Shown piece by piece: positions 1 through 526 of a stretch of DNA of 526 nucleotides. This stretch comes from a phage. The notes beneath the pieces are model-generated. The model was not told the DNA's origin and ran no database searches. It saw only the letters and a program-made list of their open reading frames with translations. The position numbers were made by a program, and so were the translations under genes. The number at the start of each line of letters is the position of its first letter. The stretch's first letter is position 1. The stretch lies in the sequence record AF039870.1; one strand, written 5' to 3'.

Positions 1-306
1 GTAAAGCGATGTGCCATCCCAATAGATGTATGCACAACCTTCAAAAAGTAGGTCAGTGACTACAAGTCTACGGAATGTGCTTATATCCATGAATGGATTA
101 GGTCGTACATTTAAGAGAGTGTCTAGAGTCTTTGTTTTGACGCCATTAGCGTACGTAACAATATTATATTTATCTCCGACAGTATAAGAACACTCCGCCG
201 CACTATCTATAACCATATTAGCAGTTCTATTGAGAATCTCAATTTTACTGTAGGCTTGTCCAGTGGTAAAAGGCTTACGGTTAGTGCGATGACTAACTGG
301 TTCCAT
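1..306 (-). CDS. Phage portal protein, HK97-family-like, N-terminal fragment (102 codons; start ATG at 306..304, 3' end runs off the window at position 1)
   Basis: Seen in sequence: the reverse complement of 1-306 is an uninterrupted frame that translates to MEPVSHRTNRKPFTTGQAYSKIEILNRTANMVIDSAAECSYTVGDKYNIVTYANGVKTKTLDTLLNVRPNPFMDISTFRRLVVTDLLFEGCAYIYWDGTSLY. Third codon positions are A/T-biased, as expected for a low-GC genome. Established knowledge (from memory, not a search): the block LLNVRPNPFMDISTFRRLVVTDLLFEGCAYIYWDG matches the conserved N-terminal motif of HK97-family portal proteins (L..RPNP.M..F.F+......LL..GNAY), and its position about 65-85 residues from the N-terminus is typical. 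The first in-frame ATG after the upstream in-frame TAA (367-369) is at 304-306. The start assignment is less certain than the identity (see findings). Confidence 0.78.
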   Translation of the reverse strand, partial: MEPVSHRTNRKPFTTGQAYSKIEILNRTANMVIDSAAECSYTVGDKYNIVTYANGVKTKTLDTLLNVRPNPFMDISTFRRLVVTDLLFEGCAYIYWDGTSLY

Positions 307-356
307 GTCTCTTANAATACGTTGACCCGGATTTAGCTTTTCAAGTAATCCATCTT

Positions 357-526
357 TTAAAACCCATTATAAGAACCTTGCGAATCCTGATTTTGTTTCA
401 GTCTTGACTTGTGTTCNTTTCTTGAGGATTCTGTATTTTGTCTTTCTGCTTTTGAACCCATGCTTTCTGTTTATTNGCAGNNAATNGTGGGCGGTTCTTT
501 CGGGGTAAAACTTATGTAGAAATTGG
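357..526 (-). CDS. 3' end of upstream ORF, reading frame unresolved; possibly the terminase large subunit C-terminus by conserved gene order (terL then portal)
   Basis: Seen in sequence: all three minus-strand frames show coding-like stretches here. One frame is open from the window edge to TAA at 367-369 (QFLHKFYPERTAHxxLxINRKHGFKSRKTKYRILKKxTQVKTETKSGFARFL*), unless the N at 417 is A on the + strand, giving TGA. A second ends at TAA 357-359 (...TESMGSKAERQNTESSRxEHKSRLKQNQDSQGSYNGF*) and has strongly A/T-biased third positions. A third ends at TGA 398-400 (...ANKQKAWVQKQKDKIQNPQE...). Five of the six Ns fall in this span, so indels are likely. Inference: in tailed-phage head modules the gene directly upstream of portal is usually the terminase large subunit; no terminase motif is visible in this short, basic C-terminal tail. 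Confidence 0.3.
376..379 (-). promoter_or_regulatory. Candidate Shine-Dalgarno (AAGG on the minus strand) 8 nt upstream of an alternative ATG at 367..365
   Basis: Seen in sequence: the minus strand reads caAGGttcttataATGggttttaaaagatgg. The AAGG with an 8-nt spacer is a better ribosome-binding context than anything in front of the ATG at 306..304. It is a short match and only meaningful if the alternative start is real. Confidence 0.25.

Noticed and set aside
159-172. AT-rich stretch aatattatatttat as a possible promoter or -10 element
   Set aside because: It lies inside the portal coding frame (minus-strand codons for KYNIV) and is explained by AT-rich codon usage. There is no paired -35 element in an intergenic context.
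308-313. Purine-rich aagaga directly upstream of the ATG at 306..304 as a Shine-Dalgarno
   Set aside because: It lies only 1 nt from the start codon, too close for a functional ribosome-binding site, and is a weak match to AGGAGG. There is also an N at 315 just beside it.
307-356. Intergenic hairpin or terminator between the upstream ORF and portal
   Set aside because: No convincing inverted repeat followed by a T-run was found. Only the short self-complementary ccgg at 327-330 is present, which is not a stable stem.
357-461. Small standalone ORF on the minus strand starting at ATG 461..459 (MGSKAERQNTESSRxEHKSRLKQNQDSQGSYNGF*)
   Set aside because: It is more simply explained as the in-frame tail of the longer upstream gene, whose frame is broken by Ns or indels, than as an independent 34-codon gene. 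It has no distinctive RBS.
1-526. Plus-strand coding potential
   Set aside because: All three + strand frames are interrupted by stop codons within short distances (for example TAG at 49-51 in frame 1 and TGA at 57-59 in frame 3). No ORF of meaningful length is present.
1-526. CRISPR repeats, tRNA/rRNA, transposase ends or a novel defence or other system
   Set aside because: No direct or inverted repeat structure, no RNA-gene-like sequence and no extra ORFs are visible. The window is fully accounted for by two phage structural/packaging genes.

Overview
This 526-nt window is AT-rich (about 38% GC by hand count) and carries six ambiguous bases (N at 315, 417, 476, 481, 482, 486) that cluster towards the 3' end, which looks like a single-pass read with decaying quality. 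The + strand is closed by stops in all frames; the coding content is on the minus strand. Positions 306..1 (minus) encode the first 102 codons of what I read as a tailed-phage portal protein of the HK97 family, with the RPNPF...DLLxxGxAY motif region. Upstream of it on the same strand (about 357-526) lies the 3' end of another ORF, plausibly the terminase large subunit by gene order, but its frame cannot be fixed because of the Ns and likely indels. The window is best read as the terminase-portal junction of a phage or prophage packaging module from a low-GC host. I see no evidence of a novel system. The main points worth checking are the portal start site, a possible frameshift or read error, and the unresolved upstream frame.
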